A DNA stretch of 64,000 nt from positions 372,001 through 436,000 of the forward strand of contig JAPDFW010000056.1 of NCBI GenBank assembly GCA_028826165.1, written 5' to 3'. The DNA comes from Anaeramoeba ignava BMAN (Eukaryota > Protista > Anaeramoebae). The number at the start of each line of letters is the position of its first letter. Within the stretch, counting starts at the first letter, position 1. This document shows positions 12,931-28,700 of the stretch, piece after piece. The position numbers and the translations under genes were made by a program. A model generated the notes under the pieces. The model saw nothing but the letters and a program-made list of their open reading frames with translations, did no database searches and was not told the origin of the DNA.

Positions 12931-13082
12931 TTTTATAATAATAATTTTTTAAAAAGAAAAAAGAAACATTAATTTAAAAAGAATAAGAATAAGAAACTAA
13001 AGAATAAAAATAATAATAAAAAAACAAATTTTTCATTTCCATTTTTCATTTTTATTCTTTTTATTTTTATTCTTTTTATAAA

Positions 13083-13532
13083 ATGAGTGAAAAACAACTT
13101 TATCCAAATTTACCAAACCAACAACCTCCTCAACAACAACAACAACAACAATATTATCAACAACAACCTCCTCCACAACAATATTATCAACAACCTCCTC
13201 CACAATATTATCAACAACAACCTCCTCAACAATATTATCAACAACCTCCTCCTCAACAATATTATCAACAACCTCCTCAACAACAATATTATCAACAACA
13301 ACCTCAACAACAATATTATCAACAACCTCCTCCTCAACAATATTATCAACAACAACCTCCTCTTCAAAAAAATATCAAAGTGGAAAAGAAGAAAAAAAGT
13401 AAAGGTCTTATGGGTCATTTGAATAAAGCAGCAAAAAAGATTAATAAATCAACTAACAAAGTAGTTAAAACAATCGACAAAGAACTAACAAATGCTGGAA
13501 AAGGAGTTTCTAAAGAATTAAAAAAAATTTAA
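13083..13532 (+). CDS. Small Q/Y/P-rich (QQYYQQPPP repeats) protein with basic amphipathic C-terminal helix
   Basis: AAAATG start preceded by TTTCATTT motifs; intact 149-aa ORF with non-repetitive N- and C-termini. Confidence 0.75.
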   Translation: MSEKQLYPNLPNQQPPQQQQQQQYYQQQPPPQQYYQQPPPQYYQQQPPQQYYQQPPPQQYYQQPPQQQYYQQQPQQQYYQQPPPQQYYQQQPPLQKNIKVEKKKKSKGLMGHLNKAAKKINKSTNKVVKTIDKELTNAGKGVSKELKKI

Positions 13533-13793
13533 ACCCATTTTCTTTCACTTTTTTTTTTCCTCAATTCAATTCAATTTAAAAAAAATTTTTTTTTCTTTCA
13601 AAACAAAAGAAAATTAAAGAAAAATTAAAGGTTCATTTTAGTTTTGATGGAAATAATAATAATAATAATATTATTATGAACCAAAAGAATAATTGGTAAT
13701 GAATACAAAAACAAAACAAAACAAAAAAAAAAAAAACAAAATAAATTTTGATGAAATAAAAATTTTGTGTTGGTTTTTTCCAACAAAAAGATT

Positions 13794-16133
<2,340 letters not shown>

Positions 16134-16326
16134 AAAGAAAAATAAAATTAAAAAAAAAGAAAAAATGAAAAATGAAAAATGAAAAATGAAAAAAAAAAAT
16201 GGAAAAAAAATTTTTTAATTAATTTTTAAATAAATAAAAAAACAAAAGATGACTAAAAAGAAAATAAAAATTAATAATTTAATTTAATTTAATTTAATTT
16301 CATTTTTTCTTTTTTCATTTTTTTTA
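16134..16326. promoter_or_regulatory. Compact bidirectional promoter (Rab5 / aminopeptidase) with initiator-like motifs
   Basis: Four AAATGAAA copies at ~16162-16192 facing Rab5; TTTCATTT at ~16298 and ~16313 facing the aminopeptidase. Confidence 0.55.
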
Positions 16327-19202
16327 ATGGAAAAAAATCAAGAAATAACAGAAAAAGATTTAAAATCTAAATTATTTTGGGAAAAGAAAAATGGTTATGA
16401 AGAAATTGATGAAAAATCTTTAAATGAAATTTTTGAATTTGCAGTAAAAATAAAAATTCGGAAAAATAAATAAAACTTTTTCAATAATATTTGCTTTAAA
16501 TTTAAAAAAACAAATTAAAAGGAAGAATTTAAAAAATTTCTTGATTCATCTAAAACAGAAAGGGAATGTATTAATACAATTGAAGAAATAAGTGAAAAAA
16601 GTGGATTTGTAGAAATTTCAAAAGCATCAAAAACAGATAAGAATATTTTTTGTCAATTTGATAGAGTTTGTGGAGCACTTATTTATTTAAAAGACCCACA
16701 AAAATTGGAAGATGGGTTTCTTATTGTTGGTTCTCATATAGATTCACCAAGATTAGATCTAAAGCAAATGCCAATTTATGAAACTTTAGATATGGGTTAT
16801 GCTAAAACTCATTATTAGTAAATTTGATTTAATTTTGATTTAAATTTGATATAAATTTGATTTAAATTTGATTTAAAATTGATTTAATTTTGATTTAAAA
16901 TTGATTTAAATTTGATTTAAAATTGATTTAATTTTGATTTAAATTGATTTAAATTTGATTTAATTTTGATTTAATTTTGATTTAAATTTGATTTAAATTT
17001 GATTTAAAATTGATTTAAATTTGATTTAAATTTGATTTAAATTTGATTTAAATTTGATTTAAATTTGATTTAAATTTGATTTATATTTGATATAAATTTG
17101 ATTTAAATTTGATTTAAAATTGATTTAAATTTGATTTAAATTTGGATTTGATTTAATTAAAAGTGGCGGAATTAAGAAATATCAATGGTAATCAAAAAAT
17201 CACTTCCTATTTCAAAAAAAAAGTAAATTTAAACTAAAAATCTTAATTGAATTATTAAAGGGTTACAAGACCTCTTGCTCTACATGGTGTAGTTATTCTT
17301 CAAACAGGAGAAGTAAAAAAAATTGTTATTGGTGAAAATTTAAATGATCCTGTTTTCACTATTAAGTAGTTTTTTTTTCTAAATTTACAAATTTAAATTG
17401 AATTCATTTTGGTTTTAAATTGTTTTTAAATTTTATTATTGAAGTGATTTACTTCCTCATCTTGCAGCAAACCAAATGGAGAAAAAAGGAAATAAAGTTA
17501 TTGAAGGAGAAAATTTGAATATTCTTGTAAATAATTGATTTTTGATTAAATTTCTCATTTTAAATTGATAAAAATCAAATATTCAAACTTGATTATTATT
17601 TTGTTAGATTGGAAGCATCCCATTAAATTTGAAAAAGGATACAAATTCAATTAAATTAAATATTCTCAATATTCTTCATGAAAAATATGGAATTGTTGAA
17701 GAAGATTTTATTTCATCTGAGTTACAATTAGTTCCTGCTGGATTATCAAGAGATGTTGGTTTAGATCGTTCTTTTGTTGGTAATTAAAGATTAATAATTG
17801 AAAAATAATAACAATCTTCAAAAAAAAAGAAAATTTGATTTTAATATGAATTGTGATTTATTTGTTTTATTCATTCCATTTTTTGTTGAAAAAGGTGGTT
17901 ATGGTCAAGATGATAGAGTTTGTTCATTTTGTGGAATGAAAGCATTTTTGGATCTTACTTTAAATCATCAAGATTTAATTTCAAAGAATATTATGATGTT
18001 ATTCTTTGATAAGGTATGACTTATTTAGTTATTTTCCTTTCTAAAAATGAAAAATAATTAAAATAATCAAAATAATCAATATAATCAAAATAATCAAAAT
18101 AATTAAAATAATTAAAAGGAAGAAATTGGTTCTCAAGGAAATTCAGGTGCAAATTCAAATTTAGTTAAAAGAATATTTAGTCAAATATTAGAAATTCATG
18201 GGAAAAAAGAATATAATTCTCTTCTTCAAACATTAACTAATTCTCAATTATTATCTGCAGATGTTGAGGGTGGTATTGAACCAGAATGGAAAAATCTTTG
18301 GGAGGAAAGAAATGGTTCTAAAATTGGTTATGGAGTTTCTTTATCAAAATATACAGGTTAGAAAATTTAATCAAAAATTTAATCTAAAATTTAATCAAAA
18401 ATTTAATCCAAAATTTAATCAAAAATTTAATCCAAAAAATTTCTGAATTTGATTTTGAATATTAAAAGGTTCAAGAGGAAAATCTGGTTGTAATGAAGCA
18501 CATGCTGAATTTGTTAGTAGAATTCGAAAAGTTTTTAATGAAAATGGTGTCCATTATCAACCGTCTGAATTAGGAAAAATTGATCAAGGAGGAGGAGGTA
18601 AAATTAATCAAAAAATTAATCAAAAATTAATTAAAAAATAAATTATAAAATTAACCAAAAAATTAATTATAAAATTAATTATAAAATTAAAAAATTAATT
18701 ATAAAATTAATCAAAAAATTAATCAAAAAATTATAAAATTAATTATAAAATTAATTATAAAATTAATTATAAAATAAATTATAAAATTAATCCATAAAAA
18801 TTAATCATAAAATTAATCATAAAATAAATTATAAAATATTTGCGAAAATTGGGATCTTATTATTTTTATAAAAAAAAAAAGGAACCATTTCTAAATATTT
18901 AGCTAATTTAGGAATGCAAGTTTGGTAAGTGAAAATTACAAAAAAGAAAATTATTGAAAGAAAAATTTTTTCATTTTGAATTGTTTCCTTTTTATTTTTT
19001 TTTTTGGATTTTGAAAATAATTTTAATAGTGACTGTGGAACTCCAATTTTATCAATGTAAATTATTGGAAAATTTGAAATAAATTTTTATTAAATTTTAA
19101 TTATTGAAAAATTTTATTAGGCATTCTCCATTTGAAGTTTCTTCAAAAGCAGATATTTTCCATACATTTAAAGCATTTCAAGCATTTTTTCAAATGAAAT
19201 GA
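16327..19202 (+). CDS. apeA: M18-family aminopeptidase of bacterial aminopeptidase 1 (ApeA) type, 12 exons
   Basis: Spliced product: FLDSSKTERE, GSHIDSPRLDLK, KTHYYGGIKKYQWVTRPLALHG, DLLPHL, RDVGLDRS, GYGQDDRVC, DKEEIGS, KYTGSRGKSG, ELGKIDQGGGGTI, MHSPFEVSSKAD. Confidence 0.9.
16820..17150. repeat. 11-bp repeat (AAATTTGATTT)n in aminopeptidase intron 2
   Basis: Directly visible. Confidence 0.92.
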
Positions 19203-19476
19203 AGAAAAAAAGAAAAAAAATTTTCATTTCAACAAAAAAAAAATTTGGAAGATTTAATAAACAAATTTTCTCAAGTTTTTTGGTTCTTCTTTTTTTTTTT
19301 AAACAAATTTTCCTTTATGATTCTTTTTGATTCTTTTTTTTTTTGTTGAAAAAAATTTTTTTTTTGAAATGGAATTTTTTTTCATTTTTTTTTCAATTAA
19401 TTTTTTTTTATTTCGTTAAAAAATAAAAATATTTTTTCAACAAAAAAAAAACAATAAAATCAAAGCAAAAAAAAAA

Positions 19477-22270
19477 ATGGGACCTTTGATGAGTAAAAAG
19501 CAAATGATTGAGAACTCATTTCAATTAATTGATGAATTACCAGAAGAGCTTGTTTTTTATGTATTTCAATTTCTTGGAGCAAAAGATTTGATTAAAATAT
19601 CGTTAGTTTGTAGATATACTCATTCAATAGCAAATGACAATTTTATCTGGAGAAATTTGTTCGTTAGGAAATTTACTCATTTAATCCATGTTCCTGTTCC
19701 TCCTCCTTCTTTAAGAACATGGAAACATTATTATCTTCATAGAGTTAATTGGACAAATAAAGTATGAATTAAAATGAGAACTGAAATTGCAAATAAAAAC
19801 GAAAAGAATTCGTTAAATGGGAAAAGAAATCAAAATCAAAATCAAAATCAAAATCAAAATCAAAATTAAAATCAAAATCAAAATCAAAATCAAAATCAAA
19901 ATCAAAATCAAAATCAAAATCAAAATCAAAATCAAAATTAAAATCAAAATTCAAAATCAAAATCAAAATCAAAATTCAAAATCAAAATCAAAATCAAAAT
20001 CAAAATCAAAATCAAAATCAAAATTAAATTCAAAATCAAAATCAAAATCAAAATCAAAATCAAAATCAAAATCAAAATTAAAATCAAAATCAAAATCAAA
20101 ATCAAAATCAAAATCAAAATCAAAATCAAAATCAAAATCTAAATTAAAATGAAAATCAAAATCAAAATCAAAATCAAAATCAAAATTAAAATCAAAATTA
20201 AAATCAAAATTAAAATTAAAATTAAAATCAAAATTAAATTCAAAAATAAAATTAAATTCAAAATCAAAATTAAAATCAAAATTAAAATCAAAATTAAAAT
20301 TAAAATTAAAATCAAAATTAAAATCAAAATCAAAATCAAAATTAAAATTAAAATCAAAATCTAAATTAAAATCAAAATCAAAATCAAAATCAAAATCAAA
20401 ATCAAAATTAAAATTAAAATCTAAAATCAAAATCAAAATTCAAAATTAAAATTAAAATCAAAATCAAAATTAAAATCAAAATTAAAATTAAAATTAAAAT
20501 CAAAATCAAAATTAAAATTAAAATGAAAATCAAAATCAAAATCAAAATCAAAATCAAAATCAAAATTAAAATCAAAATCAAAATTAATTTTCTTTTCATT
20601 AATCGAAATAGTGGTATAAGAAAAACTCAAGAATATTATTCCAAATAAGATATGAAGGAGGATCAAACAGAGCAAAATTTACTTCTCATGATGAATTTGC
20701 AACAGCAAATTGGGATGGAACAATAAAATTATGGAGTATTTCAAAGAAAAAATGTTTATGTACACTTCCTATTGAATATATTGGACCTGCATGGTCAATT
20801 TGCGTTTCTTCAAATAGAACTCAAATAATTGGCGCAGCAAAAAATAACGATATTCATATTTACAATCTTCCAAAACCTAATAATCGTGGGAATTTATTTT
20901 CATCAATAAAAAAAAGTCCAATTTTTCAGAAAAAACCAAAAAAAAAGGAAAAAAAACAAATGATTGAAAGTGGAATGAGTAGTATTAGAAGATACCTTCA
21001 TTTTAGACGCAGTATTGAACTTTCTCAAGAAGACCAACAAACTATAAATACAAATATAAATAATCCCAATTTAAATAATTCAAATAATTTGAGTTATTTG
21101 AATCAATCAAAAAATATTAACTTGGAAAATTCAAATCAAGAAATAAATTTGGAAAAATCAACTCCAAATCCAAATCCAAATCCAAATTCAAATTCAATTC
21201 AAAAAATTAAAAAAACTCGAAGTAAAATCAAAGAAAGAGAAATTGAAAAAGAAAAATATGAAATCAAAAAAAAGAATCAAATTGAAAATCAAAATCAAAA
21301 TCAAAATCAAAATCAAAATGAAAATGAAAATGAAAATCAAATTCAAAATGAAAAAGAAATTGAAAACCAAATTCAAAATTCAAATCCAAAAGAAATTATA
21401 AAAGAAAACAAAATAGAAAATGAAAATGAAAATGAAAATAAATTTATAAATGAATTTATAAATGAAAATGAGAAAGAAAAAACAAAAAATTCTCAAAAAA
21501 TAAACTACGATTTATTATCAGAAAAATTTGAAAAAGAAAAAGAAATCACTGAAGAAGAAACAGAAAAACAAAAAATACTAGAGCCAATAGTACTTCGAGG
21601 GCACGAGGGAAACATTTCGTGTGTAAAATTCAATTCCGAAATATTAATCAGCGGGTCATCTGATTCAACTGCTCGAATATGGGATCTTGAAAAATACGAA
21701 TGCAAGTCTGTATTACATCACCAGAACGCGGTATGGGCATTAGATTTCTTAGGGGAGCATCTATTAACAGGATGCAAAGACACAGCAGTGTGGTGGTGGA
21801 ACACATCAAGAGAAGAAGTAGTTGAACTACTTTTTGGTCATAAAGGCCCTATTTCAACGTTACAATATCAAAAGTCTCTTGTTATTAGTGGTTCGTATGA
21901 TAGTACGTGCCGTGTTTGGGATCTGCGCTCTTCAAATAGATGTGTGGGAAAATTAAAGGGACATACTGGTCCTGTCAGTTGTCTTCAATTTGATGATAAT
22001 ATTGTTGTTACTGGAAGCTTTGATTCAACTGTTAAATTTTGGGATCGTAGAAAACTATCAGCAGGTGCTGTTCTTACTTTGAAGGAAAATGATTCAAAAA
22101 CTTGGATTCTTTCAATGGAATATTTGGATGGAAAAATTCTTTTATCTTCAAATATGGGTGAAGTTAAAATTCTTGATTTTCGTACTAAAGAAATGCTTGA
22201 AGTTGAAGAAAGTGAACTTATTTCAAAATGGACTAAGATGTCTAGTGATGAATTATATTTTTGGTGGTAA
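19477..22270 (+). CDS. F-box/WD40 protein (SCF substrate receptor, FBXW7/beta-TrCP-like); exons 19477-19761 and 20612-22270
   Basis: F-box LIDELPEELVFYVFQFL...SLVCR...IWR. Exon 2 is in frame with ORF 20960 and has GH...SGSxD...WD repeats; NQ/NE linker interrupts the propeller. Confidence 0.88.
19826..20585. repeat. Hexamer microsatellite (AAAATC/AAAATT)n in the F-box/WD40 intron
   Basis: Directly visible; explains the KI/DF/IL spurious ORFs. Confidence 0.95.
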
Positions 22271-22359
22271 AGAATTAGAAAGAATTTCTTTATTTTTTTT
22301 TTTAAAAAATTTGTTTCAATAAATTTGAAAATTTTGAATAAAAACAAATTAAAACTAAA

Positions 22360-22790
22360 AAAGAATTTAAATTTAAAACAAATTAAAAACAAATTTAAAA
22401 CAAATTTAAAACAAATTAAAATAAAAATAAATTTATAAATGAATTAAAAACAAATTAAAACTAAAATTAAAACAAATTAAAAACAAATTAAAAATTAAAA
22501 CAAATTAAAAATTAAAACAAATTAAAAACAAATTAAAAACAAATTTAAAACAAATTTAAAAACAAATTAAAAACAAATTTAAAAACAAATTAAAATTAAA
22601 AACAAAAAAAGTGGAACAAAAAAAGTGGAACAAAAAAATATTTTATTTTTATTTTTTATTTTATTAAATTTTGAATTGAAAAAAAGAATTGAAAAAAAAA
22701 AGAATTGAAAAAAAAAAGAATTGAAAAAAAAAAGAATTGAAAAAAAAAAGAATTGAAAAAAAAAAGAATTGAAAAAAAAAAAAGAATTGG
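22360..22790. repeat. Intergenic repeats (AAAACAAATT-type units, then GAATTG-A8-11 units) between convergent genes
   Basis: Directly visible. Confidence 0.75.
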
Positions 22791-22794
22791 AAAA

Positions 22795-25700
22795 TTAATT
22801 GTTTCTTGATCGAATAAAATTGTTTAATAACTTGAAAACTTCAATAAAATTTTCCATTTGTAAATTTGATGGGAAATAATCCCTAATTTGTTGAGCTAAA
22901 TGATTTTGATTTTGATTTTTATAAATTGCAAAATCAATCAAATATTCTTTAAGATTTCCAAATTCTGGAATATTATTTTGATTTTGATTTTGATTTTTAT
23001 CTTTTAAATGCTCAATAATAACTTTGAATAAATTAAATAATTTTGAACTATTAATTTTAGAAAATGCTTCTGAAAGAATTCCATCCATTTTTAATAATTT
23101 TTTCTTAAATATTGTTGGAATATTTTCAAATGGATCAATTAAACGTTCTTGAATTTCTTTTTGTAAAAATGGAACATTTTTTAATTTTGGAATTGTTTTG
23201 AAATTTGGTGAAGCATCAACAATTCCATCAATTAAATCATTTTTAAATTTTTCTTTTGCAAAATTATAAATGGTTGTTTCTAAATATTCATTTGTTAACA
23301 TTTCTGAATATTTCTTTTGAAGTAATTTATAAATTTGATCAAGAAGAAACTTGCAATTTTGTGTTTGCGATTTTTTATCAATTTCATCTAGCATTTGATT
23401 GCATTCTCTAAGATTTAATCCTTGTTCTTTAAATTTGAAATCTTCTTCAATTTCTCTTCTAAATTCTAGATCTGAATCTGAATAAACAAAATTAGAAACT
23501 TCAATTTTAAAAGGTTTTAAATCTTTGTATAATCTTTCTAATCTCATTTCAAATTTTCTTTCAATTTGATTAAAGCATTCTTCATTGAAAATTTTTTGAT
23601 TTAAATCTTTGTAAATATTCTCAAAATCATAAATTTCTGGAATTGTTTTGATTAAATAATCAACAATAGGGAAACTCATTGTTAATTCTTCAATTTTTCT
23701 TTTTTGATTTTGTTGAGTTATTTCCTTTAATTTCATAAAATCATCTAATTTCTTAATCATATCATTATTAAGTGAAATTCCAAAATTAATCAAAATTTTA
23801 ATAAATGAATGTTGATTATCATTTCCAGGTAACAAATAATCAATTGATTTTGTTGGATTCATCAATAAATCTTTGAAATCACTAAATACTAATGAATAAT
23901 TTGTTGTTAAATGCTTCATTTCTCTCCAACATAAATCCCAAAATTTAGCAAATCCTTGATACATATTATTCGTTTTTTCTTCTGTATCTTTTGTTTGTTC
24001 GTCTAAAAATTTTTTAATAGTTTTTTCTTTTGCATTGTTTTGATTGATATTTCCTAGTAATTTATCAAAAATAATACTTGTAAATGAAAGAAATTGTGGG
24101 AAGTAGTGAAGAATATTCAACTCTTTCCAATTTTGAAGAAAGAAGTTAATTGAGGATTTGTTTTGTTCTTTTTTTGGTTTTTGAGTTATTAACTTGATAT
24201 GCTGGAAAATGTTATATTCTTCAAAATTATAAAAGATCCAAGGTTTTTCAATAGAATATATTTTGATTTCTTTAATTAAATCACTTTCTTCAAATAAATT
24301 TGTTCTTAATTTTTGCATTATTTTGTTATGATATCTTTCTTGTAAATCACAAATAATTTCTTCAAATGAATCTCTTGTTGTTTTATTTTTGAAATTATCA
24401 AAGTTTTTGAATTCACGATATCTATGCTGATTTCCTTTTAATTCTTTAGATAATTTAGAAAGAAATAGATGATAATAAATTTCTACACTTTCAAATGGAA
24501 GTTCCAATAATTTTGATAACATCCCAAAATCATTTCGAATATGTTTTAAAAGAATTTCTTTCATTTCTTCTTTTGAATTTTCATTTTGATAATTTTGAAT
24601 GATAAATCTGTTTAATCTTTTTTCTGAATTTGGAAAGATTGAAAAAGGAAGAAGTGATAAATGAATAATCAATTTAATAATTCTAAATGAAATTGGATTT
24701 AATTTTCTAACAGTGAAAATTGGATTATCAATTAATTCTGAACTAATAAAATATGATATCAAATCTTTTAATTGATTTGGATTATCAATTTTCTTTTTTT
24801 GTAACTTTTCTTTGCAAATTGGACATTTTCCATCTTTAATTTTTGTTGTTTCAATTAAATGATAATTCTCACAATATATCCAATTTTTAAAGTTTTTTAA
24901 TGTTTCTATATCAATATAAACACTTTCCATTGTTGGCCAATAAACTGAATATATTTCTTTCCGTTTGATATTTCCTATTGAATAAATAAATTTCAAAGTT
25001 TCATTAATAGGTTCAATTTTTTGTTGAGTAACTATTTCTATTGTGTTTAACATCATATTTTGAATTTGATTTGATTTAATAAATTCAAAAATTTGTTGTT
25101 TTTTATCAATTAAAAAGTTTAAAATATTTTGTGAATCCCTATTTAAATTATTAATATCTATGTTTTGAAGATTGTTTTCAAGTTGAGATTTGAATAAAGT
25201 TGTATCTTGAGAAGAAATGTTCAATAAATTTTTGCTTGATAAAATCATTTGTTTGAATTCTGAACTTGATGGAATTTTAATTCTTTTGAAAGATTGAATT
25301 ACATTATTTAATAAATAAACTCCGTATTTTTTATAAATTTCTTCAAAAATGAAAAAAATCAAAAATTTTACTTCTTCAAATGAATCACTTCCTTTTTCTA
25401 TTAATGAAATGAAATTATAAATATTTGGCAATATTTCATTTCTATTTTCAATTATATCTTCTAATTGTTCCAATTTTTTAATTTTGAAATTTTTAATTAT
25501 ATCAATAAATCTTTGAATTTTAATTTGATTTTGAATTTGATTTTCAATTTGATTTTGATTTTCAATTTGATTTTGATTTTGATTTTGATTTTGATTTTGA
25601 TTTTGATTTTGATTTTGATTTTGATTTTGATTTTGATTTTGATTTTCATTTTGATTTCATTTTGATTTTGATTTTGATTTTGATTTTGATTTTGATTTTG

Positions 25701-28700
25701 AATTTGATTTTCAATTTGATTTTCATTTTTATTTTCGATTTGATTTTGATTTTGATTTTGATTTTGATTTTGATTTTGAATTTGATTTTGATTTTGATTT
25801 TGATTTTGATTTTGATTTTGATTTTGATTTTGAATTTGAATTTGATTTTGATTTTGATTTTGATTTTGATTTTGATTTTGATTTTGATTTTGATTTTGAT
25901 TTTGATTTTGATTTTGATTTTGATTTTCATTTTCATTTTGATTTTCATTTTCATTTTCAATTTGATTTTGATTTTGATTTTCATTTTGATTTTCATTTTG
26001 ATTTTGATTTTGATTTTGATTTTGATTTTGATTTTGATTTTCGATTTTATTTTCGATTTGATTGTGATTTTGATTTTCATTTTGATTTTCATTTTGATTT
26101 TCATTTTCATTTTCAATTTGATTTTGATTTTGATTTTGATTTTGAATTTGATTTTGAATTTGATTTTGATTTTGATTTTGATTTTGATTTTGATTTTGAT
26201 TTTGATTTTGATTTTGATTTTGATTTTCATTTTGATTTTGAATTTGATTTTGATTTTGATTTTGATTTTCATTTTCGATTTGATTAAAATTATTAAATAT
26301 CTTATCAAAATTTGTGAATCTATTAAAATCATTGTTTTGAGATTCTTTTACTCTCAAATAATAAAAGGGAATCCAATTATATAAATTTTCTTGAATGTTT
26401 CTTGAATTAATTTTCTTTATTAATTGTTTCATTTCAATATTCAAATCATTTTCAAATTTAGGATCTTCCAAAGAGAATACATTTTCAAAAAATTGTTTTA
26501 GAATTGGATTATAAAATTCTTTGTTACTTTGATTAATTCTTAACAAAAAATTATTGTATTCATCTTCAATAATAAGATTTAAAAATCCACTTATGTTTCC
26601 TTCAGATTTTATCAAATCAGAACCATATTCATATCTAAATTTTAATAAATCAAAAATCATAGTTCCAATAAATTCAAAAAATGGTATTGCTTCTTTCATT
26701 AATTTTTGAATAATAATTTTATGTTTTTGAACTGATTTTTCTCTTTCAATAATTTAAAATGTGGTTTATCAATAATCTCTTCGTTACAATTAAAGCATAT
26801 TATCTTCTTTTTCTTTTTCTTTTTCTTTTCTTTTTGATCTTTTTCATTTTTTTTGATCTTTTTCTTTTTGTTCTTTTTTTTTTTCTTCTTTTCTTTTTGA
26901 TCTTTTTTCTTTTGTTTTTGTTCTTCTTTTTCTTTTTGATCTTTTTCTTTTTTATCTTTTTTTTTTGTTCTTTTTTTTTTGTTCTTTTTCTTTTTGTTCT
27001 TTTCTTTTTTTCTTTTTGTTCTTTTTCTTTTTGATCTTTTTTTTTTTGTTCTTTTTTTCTTTTTGATCTTTTTTTTTTCTTTCTTATCTTTTGTTCTTTT
27101 TTTCTTTTTTTCTTTTTCTTTTTTTCTTTTTTTTGTTCTTTTTCTTTTGATCTTTTTCTTTTTGATCTTTTTCTTTTTGATCTTTTTCTTTTTGTTCTTT
27201 CTGTTCTTTGTTAAAAATTCTTTCATTATATTTTTTATTATCCTTATTGCAAGACCAAATAAATAAATCTTCATTATTTTCTAAAATTAAACTTTCCATC
27301 TCTTTTAAATTATTAAAATTACTTGAAATCCATTCCTTTGTTTTATTAAATATTTCTTTTTGATTGAATTCAAATTGGAATAACAATAGATTCTGTTAAA
27401 TTATTTTCACGAAATTTATCAAAACTAAAATTTTTGAAAATTCTTCAATTCTCTTAGATTTTAAATTTGTTAATAAATTAAGAGTATGCATTTTGAATAA
27501 AATAAAATACCATTCATGTATTAAACCTAAAATTTCTTCTTCTTCTTTTAAATTAATAATTAATTCTTTGAATTGAATTTCAACTTTTGGAATAAATTCA
27601 TCAAATTTTTCTAGATTATCCAAAGATTTTTCAATTAATGAAAAACAATAGGAAATAAATTCTTCAATTGAAAATTGTTCAATTTTTGATATTCTATTAA
27701 TAATTTCTCTTTAAAGATTAATTCCATTTCATTCCAAATTATTCGAATATTTTTCAATAATTTTTGTATTGAAGAGAAATAAATTTTATGAATTTTGAAT
27801 ATATCTAATGATTCATTTTTCTTCTAATTTTGATTTAATAAGATCCAAAATATTAATTTTAAGTTTTTTCACAAAATCTCTTTCTTCAGAAGATAATGCT
27901 GAATTTTGGAAATCTTCCACATATATATTAAGTAAACCTTCATTATCACTTATTTTTTCTAGAATTGTTTTCAAATTTTCATTTTCTTGATTAGATATTG
28001 TGTTTTGTTGAATTAATGAATAAATATCAAAGAAAAATGGGAATTTTGATTCTTTGTATTCAATATTTGATTCAGGAATAATTGAACAAGGCAATGTAAT
28101 TTCATTAGCAATTTCAATCCATTTTTGTTTAATATATTTATTCTCAGAATAATAAAGCTTCAAATTATTGTTCCGACAAACACTTTTCAGGAAAATAGAA
28201 AATATTTCAATCATTTTTGTTGTAAAAAGTTGAGAAAGGAATGAATTGAAAGATTGTTGTTTTCCTTCTTTTTTCCATTCTTCTTGAATTATTGAATTTA
28301 AATTCCATTCATAGAGTTTGTTTTTTTCAAGTATTCCTTTTTTAGTCATTCTAAGCAATGTGTTGGAAATAATTTTAAAAAATTCATCTTCATCAATTTC
28401 CTTAATTAATTTTTCTAATGAATAAATGTATAACTCTTTGGTTGGATCTAAAAATTGAGAAAGAGAAAATCCAATAATATCTTTAAGTGTTTTGCGAATA
28501 GAATTTTCTTCATATCTAAACAGAAAATCAAAAATTGAAATATCTTCATTTTCAGTTTTTTTTATGAAATTAAGAATTGGTGAAATTTCTTCAACATAAA
28601 AATATTCCCAAAATTCTTCAAAACAAAATGAAAAATCAGTTTTGAATGTATGTGATGAAAGATACACAATAAAAATAACATAAAATTTTTGTTCTTGTTC

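Noticed and set aside
19769-20675. ORFs made of KI, IL, DF or SK dipeptides
   Set aside because: They are translations of an intronic hexamer microsatellite that lacks stops in several frames.
27390-27820. Stop-codon reassignment or readthrough in the RNF213-like gene
   Set aside because: TAA and TGA terminate normal genes throughout the window; the local stops are better explained by compensating indels.
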